A stretch of DNA of 64,000 nt, from assembly GCF_006345805.1 (NCBI RefSeq), contig NC_042997.1:19282001-19346000 (forward strand), read 5' to 3'. This document shows, piece after piece, positions 48,737-62,030 of the stretch. Each line of letters begins with the position of its first letter. Within the stretch, counting starts at the first letter, position 1. Origin of the DNA: Octopus sinensis. Its lineage: Eukaryota. The notes under the pieces are model-generated. The model saw only the letters and a program-made list of their open reading frames with translations. It was not told where the DNA came from and ran no database searches. The translations under genes and the position numbers were made by a program.

Positions 48737-49332
48737 GTGCAGGTGTGGTTGTGTGGTAAGAAGCTTCCTTCCAAGGCGGCGAGCTGGCAGAAACGTTAGC
48801 CCACTGGGTGCAATGCTTAGCGGTATTTCGTCTGCCACTACATGCTGAGTTCAAATTCTGCCGAGGTTGACTTTGCCTTTCATCCTTTGGGGGTCGATTA
48901 AATAAGTGCCAGTTACGCACTGGGGTCAATATAATCGACTTAATCTGTTTGTCTGTCCTTGTTTGTCCTCTCTATGTTTAGCCCCTTGTGGGTAGTAAAG
49001 AAATAGGTATTTTGTCTGCCGCTACATTCTGAGTTCAAATTCTGCCATGGTCGACTTTGCCTTTCACCCTTTTGGGGTCGATTAAATAAGTACCAGTTAT
49101 GCACTGGGGTCGTTGTAATCGACTTAATACCTTTGTCTGTTCTTGTTTGTCCTCTCTATGTTTAGCCCCTTGTGGGCAATAAAGAAATAAGAAGCTTCCT
49201 TCCCGACCACATGGTTCCAGGTTCAGTCCCCACTGCATGGCACCTTGGCCAAGTGTCTTCTACTACAACCTGAGGCCAACCAAAGCCTTGTAAGTGGATT
49301 TGGTAGATGGAAACTGAAAGAAGCCTGTCGTA
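48737..49332 (+). mobile_element. Family C SINE interrupted by two tandem family D SINEs (48773-49187)
   Basis: 16 bp target-site duplication taagaagcttccttcc at 48757-48772 and 49188-49203. Confidence 0.92.
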
Positions 49333-50664
49333 GAATATGAGGGGTTTAGTTCACTGGTGATCTAAATGAAAAATTACGCTGAGTAATCTTAAAGAGATAC
49401 TTAGAAGAAATAAGAGATAAAAAGAATATCAAGGATGCGATTGTGAAGAGAAAGAGGGTTGTACCAAAATGAAACTGTCGCTTATTTTTAGCAGAGTAGA
49501 CTGGAGCAATGGGGAATAAAGTGCCTTGCTTAGGGACATGATTCCTGGTCCAGGAATTGAATAGACCCATTTAATACATTACATAAATTGTCATTGTAAT
49601 TTATACTGATTTCTCAATTAGGTTTACAATAATGAGGTTTTGGTAAAAAGAAATCTTTAAGAGATACTTAGAAGAAATAAGAGATAAAAAGTGAGAATCA
49701 AATCCGCCTTTTGGACTTAAGCCTCAACAATTTTTGAAATTCTTTTACCATGTTTATTGTATTGACGAGAACAGTTATGTATTGAGACGTTTATGGTTAT
49801 GAAATTGTAAGGATTAGAGAGATAGATATGAATATTTTTATAAAATAATACTGAATTTATTTATCAATGTTTTTTTTTTCTGACTTTTTAACTTTATTTC
49901 ATGAGTCATCATGACCTGCCATTGTTTCATAAACCTGATTTCATATTTATATGTTTCACTACAAAACATTAAATATAAACAAAGGATATAAACAAAATTT
50001 CAAAGCTGAAAGCAGGAATTTCACATGTGTATCAATAAAATCTCTTTGCGCCATCTATGCTACAAGTTTCCTCAACATCACAATTTATTATATAACCGAA
50101 TTTATCATTAAATATTCATGTTAATGAGCTTCCCCATCTTTCCTACTACAACATACATATTTCTAATGTAAGCTTCTATGTGGCATCTTTATCAATTAAT
50201 AGTTAATGGCCTTCACTAGTTGGCTCACCTAGCTCGTTACCATCACATGTATTTGGAGAGCTTTTAAATTAACATTTAATATTCTGAAGCATCACTGCTT
50301 ATTCCCTGCAGGATTGCCCAAGTAATTTCTTTCTCTCCATTAAAAAACAAAAAAAAAAAAATGAAAAAGAGAAATTACTTAACCCCACAGGGAATAAGCA
50401 TTATTCCCTTTTGTATGAAAAAATTCAGGTGATTGAAATTATAATAAAAGCAATACCTGTAAGTCATAACAAAAGTAAATCACTTTTTTTTTTTAAAGTC
50501 TGTGAAACATATAGAATAATAAAACTAGGGCTACATATTGTTTCAATTAGATACAAATTTTACAAAAATAAACAATGTGAATAATGATGTTGGTGATGAT
50601 GGTGACAAAGATAACAACCATGAGGACAATGATGGTGAAGAGGAAGAATCTCTTGGCTACATAG

Positions 50665-51160
50665 ATCATCATCATCATCATCATCAACGTTTAACGTCCA
50701 CTTTCCATGCTAGCATGGGTTGGACGATTTGGGCTGAGGGCTGACGAACCAGATGGCTGCACCAGACTCCAATCGTGATCCGGTGGAGTTTCTACAGCTG
50801 GATAACCTTCCTAACGCCAGCCACTCTGAGAGTGTAGTAGGTGCTTTTTACATGCCACCGGTATGGGGGCCAGTCACTAAAGGATTCTAGTGTATGTGAT
50901 TGATATATCCTCATCATCCTTCAACGTTCGCTTTCCATGCTGGCATGGGTTGGACAGTTTGACTGAGGAATGGCAAGCAGGAGGCTGCATCAGGCTCCAA
51001 TCTGATCTGGCAAGGTTTCTACAATTGGATGTCCTTCCTAATGCCAACCACTCCGAGAGTGAAGTGGGTATTTTTTTACATGCCGCTGGCATGAGGGTTA
51101 GTCAGGTAGCACTGGTATTGACCACGCTCGAATGGTGCTTTTTACATGCCACCAGTACAG
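50665..51160 (-). mobile_element. Two adjacent family A copies (50665-50875, 50909-51160)
   Basis: Each has a (CAT)n tail and family A body. Confidence 0.8.
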
Positions 51161-51934
51161 GATGCAACATTCCATATACAGAGCAGTAGCTGGAGTGCCA
51201 ATTTATAGCCAATGAATTCATCTTTGCGATATGTAATGTTATGTCTTTCAACAAATTATGTTACTCTGCTTGTTCTCACCTCATATAGACATTGTTAATA
51301 AGAGAGGTTCAGAAATGTATAAAAACAAGAAAAAGAAACAAAGAATTTAAGATCGTTCATAATCATTCAAACCTGAGGAAAAAACTAGACCAATACGAAT
51401 ATATACAAATTAAATTAGTTTTCTAAACTCTCATTCATTTCATACAAAACAAACTCAGGATTTCATAATTCATGAAACTAGTTATGATATAACTGGTGGG
51501 GCTGGTCTCAGGAAAGACACCTGACTGTGTCAAATTTGAAAGCTGAATTTCCAAAACAATCCAAATTTTATTTATTCATTCCTTTTGTGAGTGTTTTTCC
51601 TTGATAGCAGGATCAGACAAATATATAACTGATGTATTGTTTTGCAGCTTGATGAAAATTATGAGACAAACCCACAAATGATTTACAAGCGAAGTATCTT
51701 TTATTGCTGATGACTTCAAAGACATGATGTGAGTGGACAAGTTACAGACAGATGTTCCAACAGCAACACTGCTTAAAATTTTATAATTTTTGAATAAACT
51801 AATAAGCTAGCTTGGATGTAAACAGGCATACGAACATAAACACATGTGCACGCAAACATATGTGAATACGTACATACAGAGACACACACAAACACACACA
51901 CACAAACAATGAGCTTCTTTATAATTTCCATTTC

Positions 51935-52145
51935 TTTACTACACACAGAGAGGACAAACAAGGACAGACAAACGGATTAAGTCGATTATACCATCCCCAG
52001 TGCATAACTGGTATTTATTTAATCGACCCCGAAAGGATGAAAGGCAAAGTCGACCTCAGCGGAATTTGAACTCAGAATGTAGCGGCAGGCAAAATATTGC
52101 CAAGCCTTTCGCCCGGCATGCTAACGTTTCTGCCAGCTCGCTGCC
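51935..52145 (-). mobile_element. SINE family D
   Basis: Reverse homolog of 35203-35440. Confidence 0.85.
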
Positions 52146-53791
52146 TTATAATTTTTATCTACTGAATTTACTCACAAGACTTTGGTCAACAGGAAGCCAT
52201 AACAGAATATACTTCTCCAAATTGTCGCACTATAGGACTGAAGCCAATGCCAAAAATCGGCAGTGCCTGTGTGAAACTATAATATATTAAAAGATATGAC
52301 ACTGGAAAACAGAAATTCCAGATCGAAAGTATTCAACTCTCTTTCACTTTTAGCAGTATTATAACTGCTTGAAATCTTGCCTATTACACTAATACACTAT
52401 TTTATTCACACTTAGATTTATTTATCAGCATTGTTACTCTTTTGTACTTCCCTATTCGCATTGTGTGTCTTTCCCTAAAGGTCAGGTCACATTTACTGTG
52501 TTTTTTTCTATGAAGTCCATACCTCTCATTCTTTATTCCGCTGCCCTATTATCGAACTTCAAATGCTGAATTGATTCACCAATACTTTACTTTACACTCG
52601 ATATTAACTACATTAATTTAACTTATTCTCCCACACACCTCATAGTCCAAGAAACCCCGCTATCATCACAAAGTCAATGGGAAATATTTTGCTCATAAAA
52701 TGCAATAAGGAAAGAAAAAAAATCAAAACAGAATGCAGAGAGCAATTGTCTCTTCTCTATTTGAGAAAGTGATTAATCAGTCTGTAATTATCTTTGGTCA
52801 ATATATTTTTGTCAGTAACAGTTCCAATCTCATGTCCATAGCAAACTTTCAACAACCAGCTCAACTGATAAATATAAACTTCAGTGTCATTACAAGTAGT
52901 ACTTAAATTCAAGTAGTCAGTGAGACAGCTTTCAAAGCAGGAAAGACAAATAGCTGTTGTTATCCTTTAGTTGTAAACTTGCCAAAATTAAACTAGTTGA
53001 GGATAAGATGTCAAGATTATTTGTAAGCATGAGAGGAAGTTGGATAAGCAATCAGTTTCCTGGAATTTCATCCAAACATTTAGAATTAGTTCTCTAGTAA
53101 AGAGACCTGTCATTAATAATACCTGACAGAAAGATGCTAGTTGAGTCTTGAAGATATTCATAGGTCATTCTCTATTCATATGACGAGAGAGAGAAAGAGA
53201 AAGAAAGAGAGACAGAGAGAGAGAGAAAGTGAGTCTTAGTATTTCAAATCAGCACATCAGTTTTAATACAGCGATCCAACATTGAGTCATTATCTCCCTA
53301 AATGGGTAAGCATGATGAACTCAAGTAAAAGTAAACTGATATCAAACACACAACTAATTGAAATCCTAAATTTTGTAAAATTATATTTACTGCAAAGAAA
53401 TTGTACAATTATATTTGCTGTGGAGAGATAAAAGGTGAAGATAAAAAGAAGACATGATATTAGATATTCTTGTTATTGAATATAAGATAGTAACTATTAT
53501 ATCCGTATTAATCATTCAAGTAGTTGAATAAAGTTGAAGATTGCTTCCTGTAAACTATTTTATTCCTATGGCATAAACGTACAAAATGATCCAAGCATTT
53601 AAGAAAAGCTCCCAGTGTGCTGGGAGATGTAAGTAAGTGCACTACAAATGTAATAAAATTATATTTAAAAAATGCAAAAAATATCTAAAATTCAAAATAA
53701 AATGTCTTGCTAATTATGTCCCAATTATTGAATGAAAAATTAAATAGTTTACGATTTTCTTTAATTTACTTTAGTTTTATTTATAGCCTAA

Positions 53792-54435
53792 AATATCATC
53801 ATCAGCATCATCATCATCATCATTTAGCATCCGCTTTCCATGCTAGCATGGGTTGGACGGTTCAACTGGGGTCTGTGAAGCCAGAAAGCTGCATCAGGCC
53901 CAGTCTGATCTGACAGTGTTTCTACGGCTGGATGCCCTTCCTAACGCCAACCACTCCGTGAGTGTAGTGGGTGCTTTTTACGTGCCACCTGCACAGGTGC
54001 CAGACGGAGCTGGCAAACGGCCATGAATGGATGGTGCTTTTACGTACCACCGGCACCGGGGCCAGGCGAGGCTGGCAACGGACATGAACAGATGGTGCTT
54101 TTACATGCCACAGGCATGGGGGCCAGGCGAGGCTGGCAACGGATACGAGCGGATGGTGCTTTTTACGTGCCACTGGCACGAGGCCAGTCGGGGCGGCGCT
54201 GGCAATGGTCACGAACGGATGGTTCTCTTACGTGCCACCGGCACTGGTAACTCAGCTGCAATTTCCATTGATCGATTTCGATTCTGATCCTCACTTGCCT
54301 CAACAGGTCTTCACAAGTAGAGTTTTGTGTCCCAAGAAGGGAAGGTATGCATACGTAGGCTGGCTCCATCCCATGTAGAAGGCCACGGGTAATGGTCTCA
54401 CTTGTCCTGCCGGGTCTTCTCGCGCACAGCATACT
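53792..54435 (-). mobile_element. Long family A copy with ~5 internal 61-66 bp tandem units
   Basis: Units start at ggtgctttt-like motifs at ~53970, 54033, 54094, 54155 and 54221. Confidence 0.88.
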
Positions 54436-55491
54436 AAAATATATAAATATTATATTTTAATACAGTTTTCTGTTTTGCACAAAGTGAACTAAAATATTCT
54501 TAGATGCTCTCTAAAGTATACCACAAATGAAAACACAAATTTAGAGACTATTGGGTTTCAAATTATTAAATTATCAGCTCTTACAGGTTCTGAGTTTATA
54601 TCTCATTGTAGGTATTTTGTTGTAACTGTGAGTCCTGACACTTAATTCTCCTTGTTTATTCATTTAGCACAATGATTCTAAAAACTTTGTGTCTTCTTGA
54701 ATGGTGTATACAAAATGCTCTCCACCAAAGGTTTGCAGAAAATAACAGAAATAGTAAAATATTTTAATCAAAAAGAAGCTAATTTTATACAAGGGTTTGT
54801 TATTTATGATTTCTTAAAGGTTCCCATCCAACATGTGTTTCCTTTTTGATTTTTGATGTTTGCATGGACTAGTGTCTCAATGATAAAGTCTTGGGGAAAT
54901 TGTTAAAGAAGGCAAGGACATAAACAACAGATCAGATTAGACTTTAGCACAAATAATTAGTCATGTCTTACACTTATTGATAATACATATTCTAACCCTG
55001 ACAAAGAGCTTTCGAAAATATGTTTGAAATATAAGTGTTGTACCTTGTTTAATTATTTTATTTCAAAGAAAAAACACAACCCCTACCTGCAAAGCATCTC
55101 CTTGACATTTGTCACTCCTTTGAGAATTCACAATAACCCCAAGTAGGGTACTATCATCTAGATTAAGAACCACTTCACTACTCATTATTAATGAGCATCC
55201 TATATAGGAAAAAATTTCTTCATATTTAGCACTAGAGGAATTTAGCATAAACAAAGATTTTAAAGGAGATTTAGTTTTGCATTAGTAGCCTACTTGCTTA
55301 TTTCTCATATTTTGGTTTGGGAATAAGAGGTATTGCAATGACATAATGGTTAGGTTGAGGAATTATTTTAACATTTTTATAGTTTACAAACTGAAGGAAG
55401 ATCAGAGAAAATGATCCTTTCAAAGCCTCCAAAACATATCGGAGAAAGAGCAGACATTTTCCTTGGATTTGTAGTGACACCAGGTTTTAGA

Positions 55492-55577
55492 CACCATTTT
55501 GGGATGTCCATCTGCGCATGTGCAATGTTTGGTGTCTTCCGGTAGGCCGCCGGAAGTCCCCTGATGCACATGCGCAG
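55492..55577. promoter_or_regulatory. Candidate promoter-like dyad: NRF1-like/ETS/ETS/NRF1-like with adjacent YY1-like site
   Basis: ctgcgcatgtgca (55512-55524) and its exact reverse complement (55565-55577) enclose cttccgg (55536-55542) and ccggaagt (55550-55557). caccattttgg lies at 55492-55502, and CpG is locally enriched. Confidence 0.4.
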
Positions 55578-56273
55578 TAATCAGGAGCAGTTAGCCTTTC
55601 CCGCTATTCCAAGCCTCTTGGTGGTCGATGAATTAAGACGTGTCCCAGCATGGCTCTGAGTGAAAGGGTGAACTAGATTCTGTGAGCGGTGAAGACTGTT
55701 TTAACCATGGTGATTTAATCCGACTCTGCAGCTTTCCTAACTCTGGCGTTCATGTTACCAATGTCCAGTGATGAAGTATCTCCTTCTGTGAAATAATAAA
55801 CTATTACTGTTATTTGTTCAGATATTCATGTTCCTGCCACTTTATTCCTTTCTACAACATTGTAGGGAAATGTGTGAGGCACCCCACAAGTGCAGATATC
55901 ACACAGAGATAGATAACAAAAAATCCTACAGATTAAAGATCTAGCTCAAATGTTTGCAACAGTGGGCTCTGTCAAAGTCACCAAATGGCCTGGTGGTGGT
56001 ATTTAACTGGGTGATGGTTGAAGTTTGCCATTCAAAATAGGATCAATATTTGTTTTGACTTTCTGTCAATTGATACATGCAGGGTAAACATATGTATGAA
56101 GAAAAAATTGGATAGTTGTGGTTCTGGAGATAACAGTTCTGGTAAAATGTCTGGTGTAGAATTTAGGCACATGACATACAGTAAGAATGACAAGAGAAAG
56201 GTGCAAGAAAATTTGTCAGGTTTATGTGATGGTGTTAGAGAGCTTACTTGTTCAGGGGAACAGAAACAGTTGT

Positions 56274-56728
56274 CATCATCATCGTTTAACGTCCACTTTC
56301 CATGCTAGCATGGGTTGGATGATTTGACTGAGGGCTGGCAAGCCAGATGGCTGCACCAGTCTCCAATCTTGATCTGGCAGAATTTCTACAGCTGGATGTT
56401 CTTCCTAATGCCAACCACTCTGAGAGTATAGTGGGTGCTTTTACGTGCCACAGGCACGAGGGCCAGTCAGGTGGTACTGGCAATGGCCATGCTCAAATGG
56501 TGCTTTTTATGTGCCACCTGCACAGGAGCCAGTCCAGTGGCACTGGCAACGACTTCGCTTGAATTTTTTTACAAGTGCTAGTAAGGTGACACAAGTAATG
56601 ATCACACTCGAATGGTGTTTTTAATGTGCCATCAGCATGGAGGCCGGCTTGTTGCTCTGGCAACGATCTCACTTGTATGGTACTCTTAGCACTCCACTAG
56701 CACGGGTGCCAGTCATCGAATTTGATTT
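56274..56728 (-). mobile_element. SINE-like family A with internal repeats
   Basis: Family A tail and body, similar in layout to 27807-28270. Confidence 0.85.
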
Positions 56729-57865
56729 CGAAGTGATAAAAGAGACTAACAGAGAAAAGCATACTAGAGAACAAATGATTATAGAGTGCAAATAAATGAA
56801 AGCTAGCATCCTCTCTCCAAAATATTGTTTTATGCAGCAAGTAAGAATAATAGGTAATCTTCTAAGTGAGCAACTTAAGACTAACTTGGACATGTATGCT
56901 GTTAGTTTATTCGACATTCCTTTGTACATGACCATAATTGACCATTCACTTATAGCTAAACTAAATAGTAATATGCAGAAATAATCTTTGAAATTATCTC
57001 CAATTTTCAACTACTAAGAGCCATTAGAACTAATTGTATCAAATTTATTTCATCTGTACGCTTAAATGCAGAAGACAGGTGTGATGGCCAAATAGTGCAT
57101 GTGGAAATCAATCATTAACATCATTTACATGAACAAGAGAATATTCCACATAATGCAGTTAATATTATACTTGTACAATAGGGCAGAAGACATATATCTT
57201 ATTCGCATATGATCTCACAACCATGTATGAAGTATGCATGAGTATCAGTTGTGGACGTATGTCTCTGCATTTATAAACTACTGCAAATCTACATACATTC
57301 ACTCTCACAAGAATACGCATTTACATATTGAATTTTGCAAGTGAATATTACATGGAAAAGCAGAAGAAATTGAAACAATAAAAATGATATATTGTTGGAG
57401 GGGTTCACAAGGAAATATGGCATGTAAATTAAAATTTACTTCTTTTATTTATTCTTTATTTTTTTTTCAATAATAATCGGAAACATTTTTCTCCTTCTTC
57501 AACCAGATATTTCATTGGTTAGTTAAGTCATTCTAAGCTTAATCCGTCACCATAAAACTCCTATCAAGGTGCAGCGCATGGGGAACTGTAAGGGATTCCG
57601 TGCATGCATTGCAAAAGAGGCATAAAAACGAAAATGTGTTGCTGCTCTTGATAATGAATGATGATGGTGATGATGATGATATGCCTTCATAAAATTTTTA
57701 TATCCAAAATACATATTATATGCTACCTTTCTGTCATCTCCCACTCTCCTCTCTTTTTTTCTCTCTCTCTCTTTCCCCCTTACCCTCTCCATATATATGT
57801 ATGTATATATACACACATACACAACACACACACTGACACATATGTGTGTGTATATATATATATAT

Positions 57866-57905
<40 letters not shown>

Positions 57906-58389
57906 AGTGTGTATATATATATCTACAAATACATACAAGCACATATAATTTCTCCATGTTCTCCTCCACCTCATACTTTCAATATCATCCTCTCATACCA
58001 CTATTGAACACCATCTCATATCTTCCATTAACCCTTGTTTGTCACTCTCTCAATATACATATTCCTTCCTATGCCTCTCTGATTGCTACCCTTGTCCCTG
58101 AGCACCCCTTCCTCTTTTCCCCCCTATACTTCACGTCATTTCCCTATTTCTCATCTGTATTATTTTATTACAATGCTGCACTCCAAACCTAACATTTTTA
58201 TATTGACACTTATCATTGTACAGCTACTTATCGTTGACAATGTGCCCTGCCCTGTTTACCATTCATTGCATCACCTAAATCCCTACCTCTAACCATCTGT
58301 CACTCGCTTTCACTGTTGCGAACTTACCTGCTTTTCTGTCCCCAACTCTCATGTACACTGAGGGAACATCCTAATATCTTTCTTACTAT

Positions 58390-58810
58390 AGGCACAAGGC
58401 CTGAAATTTTGTGGGAGGGAGTTGTTGATTAGATCAACCCCAGTATGTATCTGGTACTTAATTTATTGACCCCGACAAGATGAAAGGCAAATTCGACCTT
58501 GGCAGAATTTGAACTCAGAACATAGTGATGAGTGAAATACCCATTTCTTTATTACCCACAAGGGGCTAAACATAGACGGGACAAACAAGGACATACATAG
58601 GTATTAAGTCGATTACATCGACCCCAGTGCATAACTGGTACTTAATTTATCGATCCCGAAAGGATGAAAGGTAAAGTCGACCTCGGTGGAATTTGAACTC
58701 ACAACGTAACGGCAGATGAAATACCGCTAAGCATTTCGCCCGACGTGCTAACGTTTCTGCCAGCTCGTTAATCATTCATTGAGCATGCTAACGATTTTAC
58801 CAGCTTGCCA
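58390..58810 (-). mobile_element. Tandem family D SINEs
   Basis: Two reverse copies of the aaggatgaaaggcaaagtcgacc...gaatttgaactc-type unit. Confidence 0.82.
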
Positions 58811-59182
58811 CCATGAGGAGATATTCTAATATCCCCATCTTCTCTCCTTTTCCTCCTGGGGTAGCCATGTATATCCTCTAAAGCAAGACACTTATTTGCA
58901 TCCCTCTGTTATACTCTTGTTGTTCATCTCTTGGCCTAAGCTACCTCTGTCGATTCTACATCCATCTCAATCAAGGGTTCTTGTTTTATGAGCTGCCTGG
59001 TGCCATCACTAGAGCCAGTAACATGTAAAAGTACCAAGTAAACGCTATAAAATGGTTGGCATTAGGAAAGGCATCCAACCATAAAAACCATGACAGAACA
59101 GACATTGGAACTTAGAACAGTTCTCCGACCTGTTGGAGATTGTCAAATCATCCAGCCCATAGCAGCATGGAATACAGACACT

Positions 59183-59195
59183 AAATGATGATAAC

Positions 59196-59229
<34 letters not shown>

Positions 59230-59490
59230 GTGATGATGATGGTGATGGTGATCATACACACACTCACACTCAGACACACACACAGACACACACATATAGA
59301 GTGAGAGAGAGAGAAAGATAGTGAGAAAGAGAGAAAAGAGAGAGAGAGCGAAAGAAAGAGAGAGAGAAAGAGGGAGAGATAGAGAAAGAAAAAAGGGAGA
59401 GAATGAGAGGGAGTGAGAGAGAATGGGAGAGGGAGTGAGAGAGAATGGGAGAGGGAGTGGGAGAGAGATAGAGAGAGAAGGAACGAGAGA
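59183..59490. repeat. (GAT)n, (CA)n and (GA)n compound microsatellite
   Basis: Directly visible. Confidence 0.9.
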
Positions 59491-59539
59491 ATGAAATGCC
59501 TAAATTGTTGTGAACACAAAGCCTTTCACTTGTGAAGAA

Positions 59540-62030
59540 TGGACAACCCAATATCAATTAGTGACTTCAGATTTAAATCTAGGTATCATCAGAAATATAA
59601 ATCCAACTATGAAAGGGAAGAAATAGAAGCTTAAAGAGCAAGTAAACAAAAATTTAGAGAAGTTGTAGTCAAAGTATTTGAAAATAGGAAGGAGGACAAC
59701 CTGCTTGAGGGCTACAGATCAAGTCTGAGGCTACTGTAAGGGTGCAACCAGGCAGATGGAGTGATGGTTCAACAGTTAAACAGAGTGATAAATACAAAGA
59801 GTAAAACTTAATGAATGGATAGCTAAAAAAGACCTAATTGATACATTTATTTAGCGAAGGGAGAAACAGAAATTAGGGGGTTTGCTAATGTTTTATTGCA
59901 AAAGGACCAAAGACAGAAGGTATTCTGAATTGCAAGGGAGTGCACTAGGGAGGACTGAGATGTTGTATGTACTGATGGATAAAGGTACACTTTGTGCTTA
60001 GTGATTCTGAAAGGAATGAAAGGCTTCTATGAAATGCTATTAAATATGGAGAATGCATGGGAGAAAGACAGTCTCTCCAGCATGAGCCTAACAGAGAAAC
60101 CATTCATTCTTCCTGTAAACTGTATAAAAGATAAAGCAATTAAGGATATGAAAGCAAGAAAAGCCCCCTAAGCCATCAGGAATTATTGTTGAGATGCTGC
60201 TTGAAATATCTGGTGAAGTAGGATATGAATGATCATAGAATTGCACCCAGAATGTTCCTCCCCGAAGTACAAGTCTGGGCAAGGTTGTTTGTGAAGGACC
60301 AGCAGCTGCCCATGCATACCAGTTTCCCCACTTGCTGCTAACGATGTTGTCAAAGGGAAAGGCACAAAGGCTGATACAGCTTGGCACCAGTGAGGGCACA
60401 ACTCATTTTTACAGATGAGTGAATTGGAGCAATGTGAAAACAAAGTGTCCTGCTCAGGAACAGAACACACAGCCTGGTCTGCAAATTGAACTCACTACCT
60501 TATGATTGTGAGCTGAACCCTCTAACCACTAAGATATGCACCTTCACATGCATTATAGCTTGATTAATTATAGAAAGAGTTAGCCTGTATGAGATCCACT
60601 TTCGTTTTGTGTCAGTACTACTGATGTCAGCTGGAGAAGTATCTGAATAAAAGTAAGCTGCTCTTATTGACATCTGTTGACCTGGAGAAAAATTTTAACA
60701 GTGTCCCTCAATCAGTGAACTGGTGATTGCTGAGGAAGCTAGGAACAGAGGAATGGTTTGTGAGAGTCATACAGACCATATACAATGAGGTGAGAGTTAA
60801 CAACAAGCATAGTGGTGAACTTAATTTGCAGGCAGAGTTCATTAGGGAAGAGTACTCAGTCTTCTCTTACCTGTTACAGTTCTTCAGGTCATAACAGAGG
60901 GAACCGTGATCTTGTCGTATAGATAAATCAGTAATAGGCTTACAAAAGAAATTTTGGATGTGGTAGTAAAACATGATACCAAAAGGCCTCAGACTTCACT
61001 TAGCAAAGATGAAAGCTTATTTAAGTTGGAAAACAAACAAGACTCTGCTGTGATCAGGAAAATAACCTTGCTTGCTATGTAGAAAAGTAATAAGTAGAAA
61101 TTCCATATGGTGTTCCCAATGCAAACTGTAGAAACACTTGTGATGCAGTAATATCACAGGCTGATTAACGGAGAAAGTTTATTTTATATATGATAGATGT
61201 ATTGAAACAATAAGCACTTAGAATACACAGGAAATGAGCTTGCTGAAATGCCAGGTGGATCCCTAGAGGTGCTAGGTAATTTCTGTTACTTAAGTGACCT
61301 AATTAGTAGTGGAAGAGTGTGTTCTGAAAATATAGCTGATTGAATAAGAATCAGCTAGAGAAAGTTCAGAGAGCTATTATTTTTGTTAATTATAAAAAGC
61401 ATTTTAAGGCAGTGAGCTGGTAGAATTGTTAGCATCCCAGGCAAAATGCTTGGTGACATTTCACCCATTTTCACATTCTGAGTTCAGAGTTGATAAAATA
61501 AGTACCAGCTGAATTTGGGGGTCAATGCAATCAACTTATTTCCTCCCCAAAATTGCTGGCCTTGTGCCAAAATTTGAAACCCAGTTATAAAAGGTTTCTT
61601 TCTTAGAGTAAAAGACAGATTGTATGATATTTGTGTACGAACAGCAATACTTTATGGCAGTGAGATGTCAACTCTAAAGGCAGAATATATGCAAAGAACA
61701 AAAAAAAAAAATGAAGCATGCATATTACACTGGATGTGCAACATTAGCATGCCAAGCTCAAAGGAGTACAAATATGGTGAGACAAAAACTGGGCATAAAC
61801 AGAGTCAGATGTAGCATGCAAAAGAAAAGAATTGCACTGGTGTGGTTAGCTACTGCATATAGATGAGAACAGTAATTCTTAATGTTGCTGGAACAGAGGG
61901 AAGCAGGAAACCCTGGATGAAATAGTGAAAGCCTATCTCAGGAGTTTGAATTTTTCCAGAGGAGATGACAAAGGACCAAACTGTCTGGTGATATGTAGTT
62001 CTCAAGAACACATGTGCATCTTAGCAAAAC
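59540..62030 (+). mobile_element. Decayed RTE-clade LINE ORF2 with two nested SINEs
   Basis: Ordered motifs KAIKDMKARKAP (60133), VDLEK, LRKLGTEEWFVRVIQTIY, SLEVLGNFCYLSDLISSG, LRVKDRLYDICVRTAILYGSE and LHWMCNIS. A family E insert lies at ~60255-60545 and a family D insert at ~61405-61585. Confidence 0.88.

Noticed and set aside
53970-54250. CRISPR-like array
   Set aside because: Whole units are homologous with no unique spacers, there are no cas genes, and the array is internal to a eukaryotic SINE.
54023-54432. Overlapping GC-rich ORFs (also 4931-5291 and 56286-56562)
   Set aside because: They are chance frames through SINE family A.
55550-55790. RNase MRP or C/D snoRNA (ggaagtcccc, gtgatga, ctga motifs)
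   Set aside because: There is no complementary P4 3' strand downstream and no terminal stem bringing boxes C and D together.
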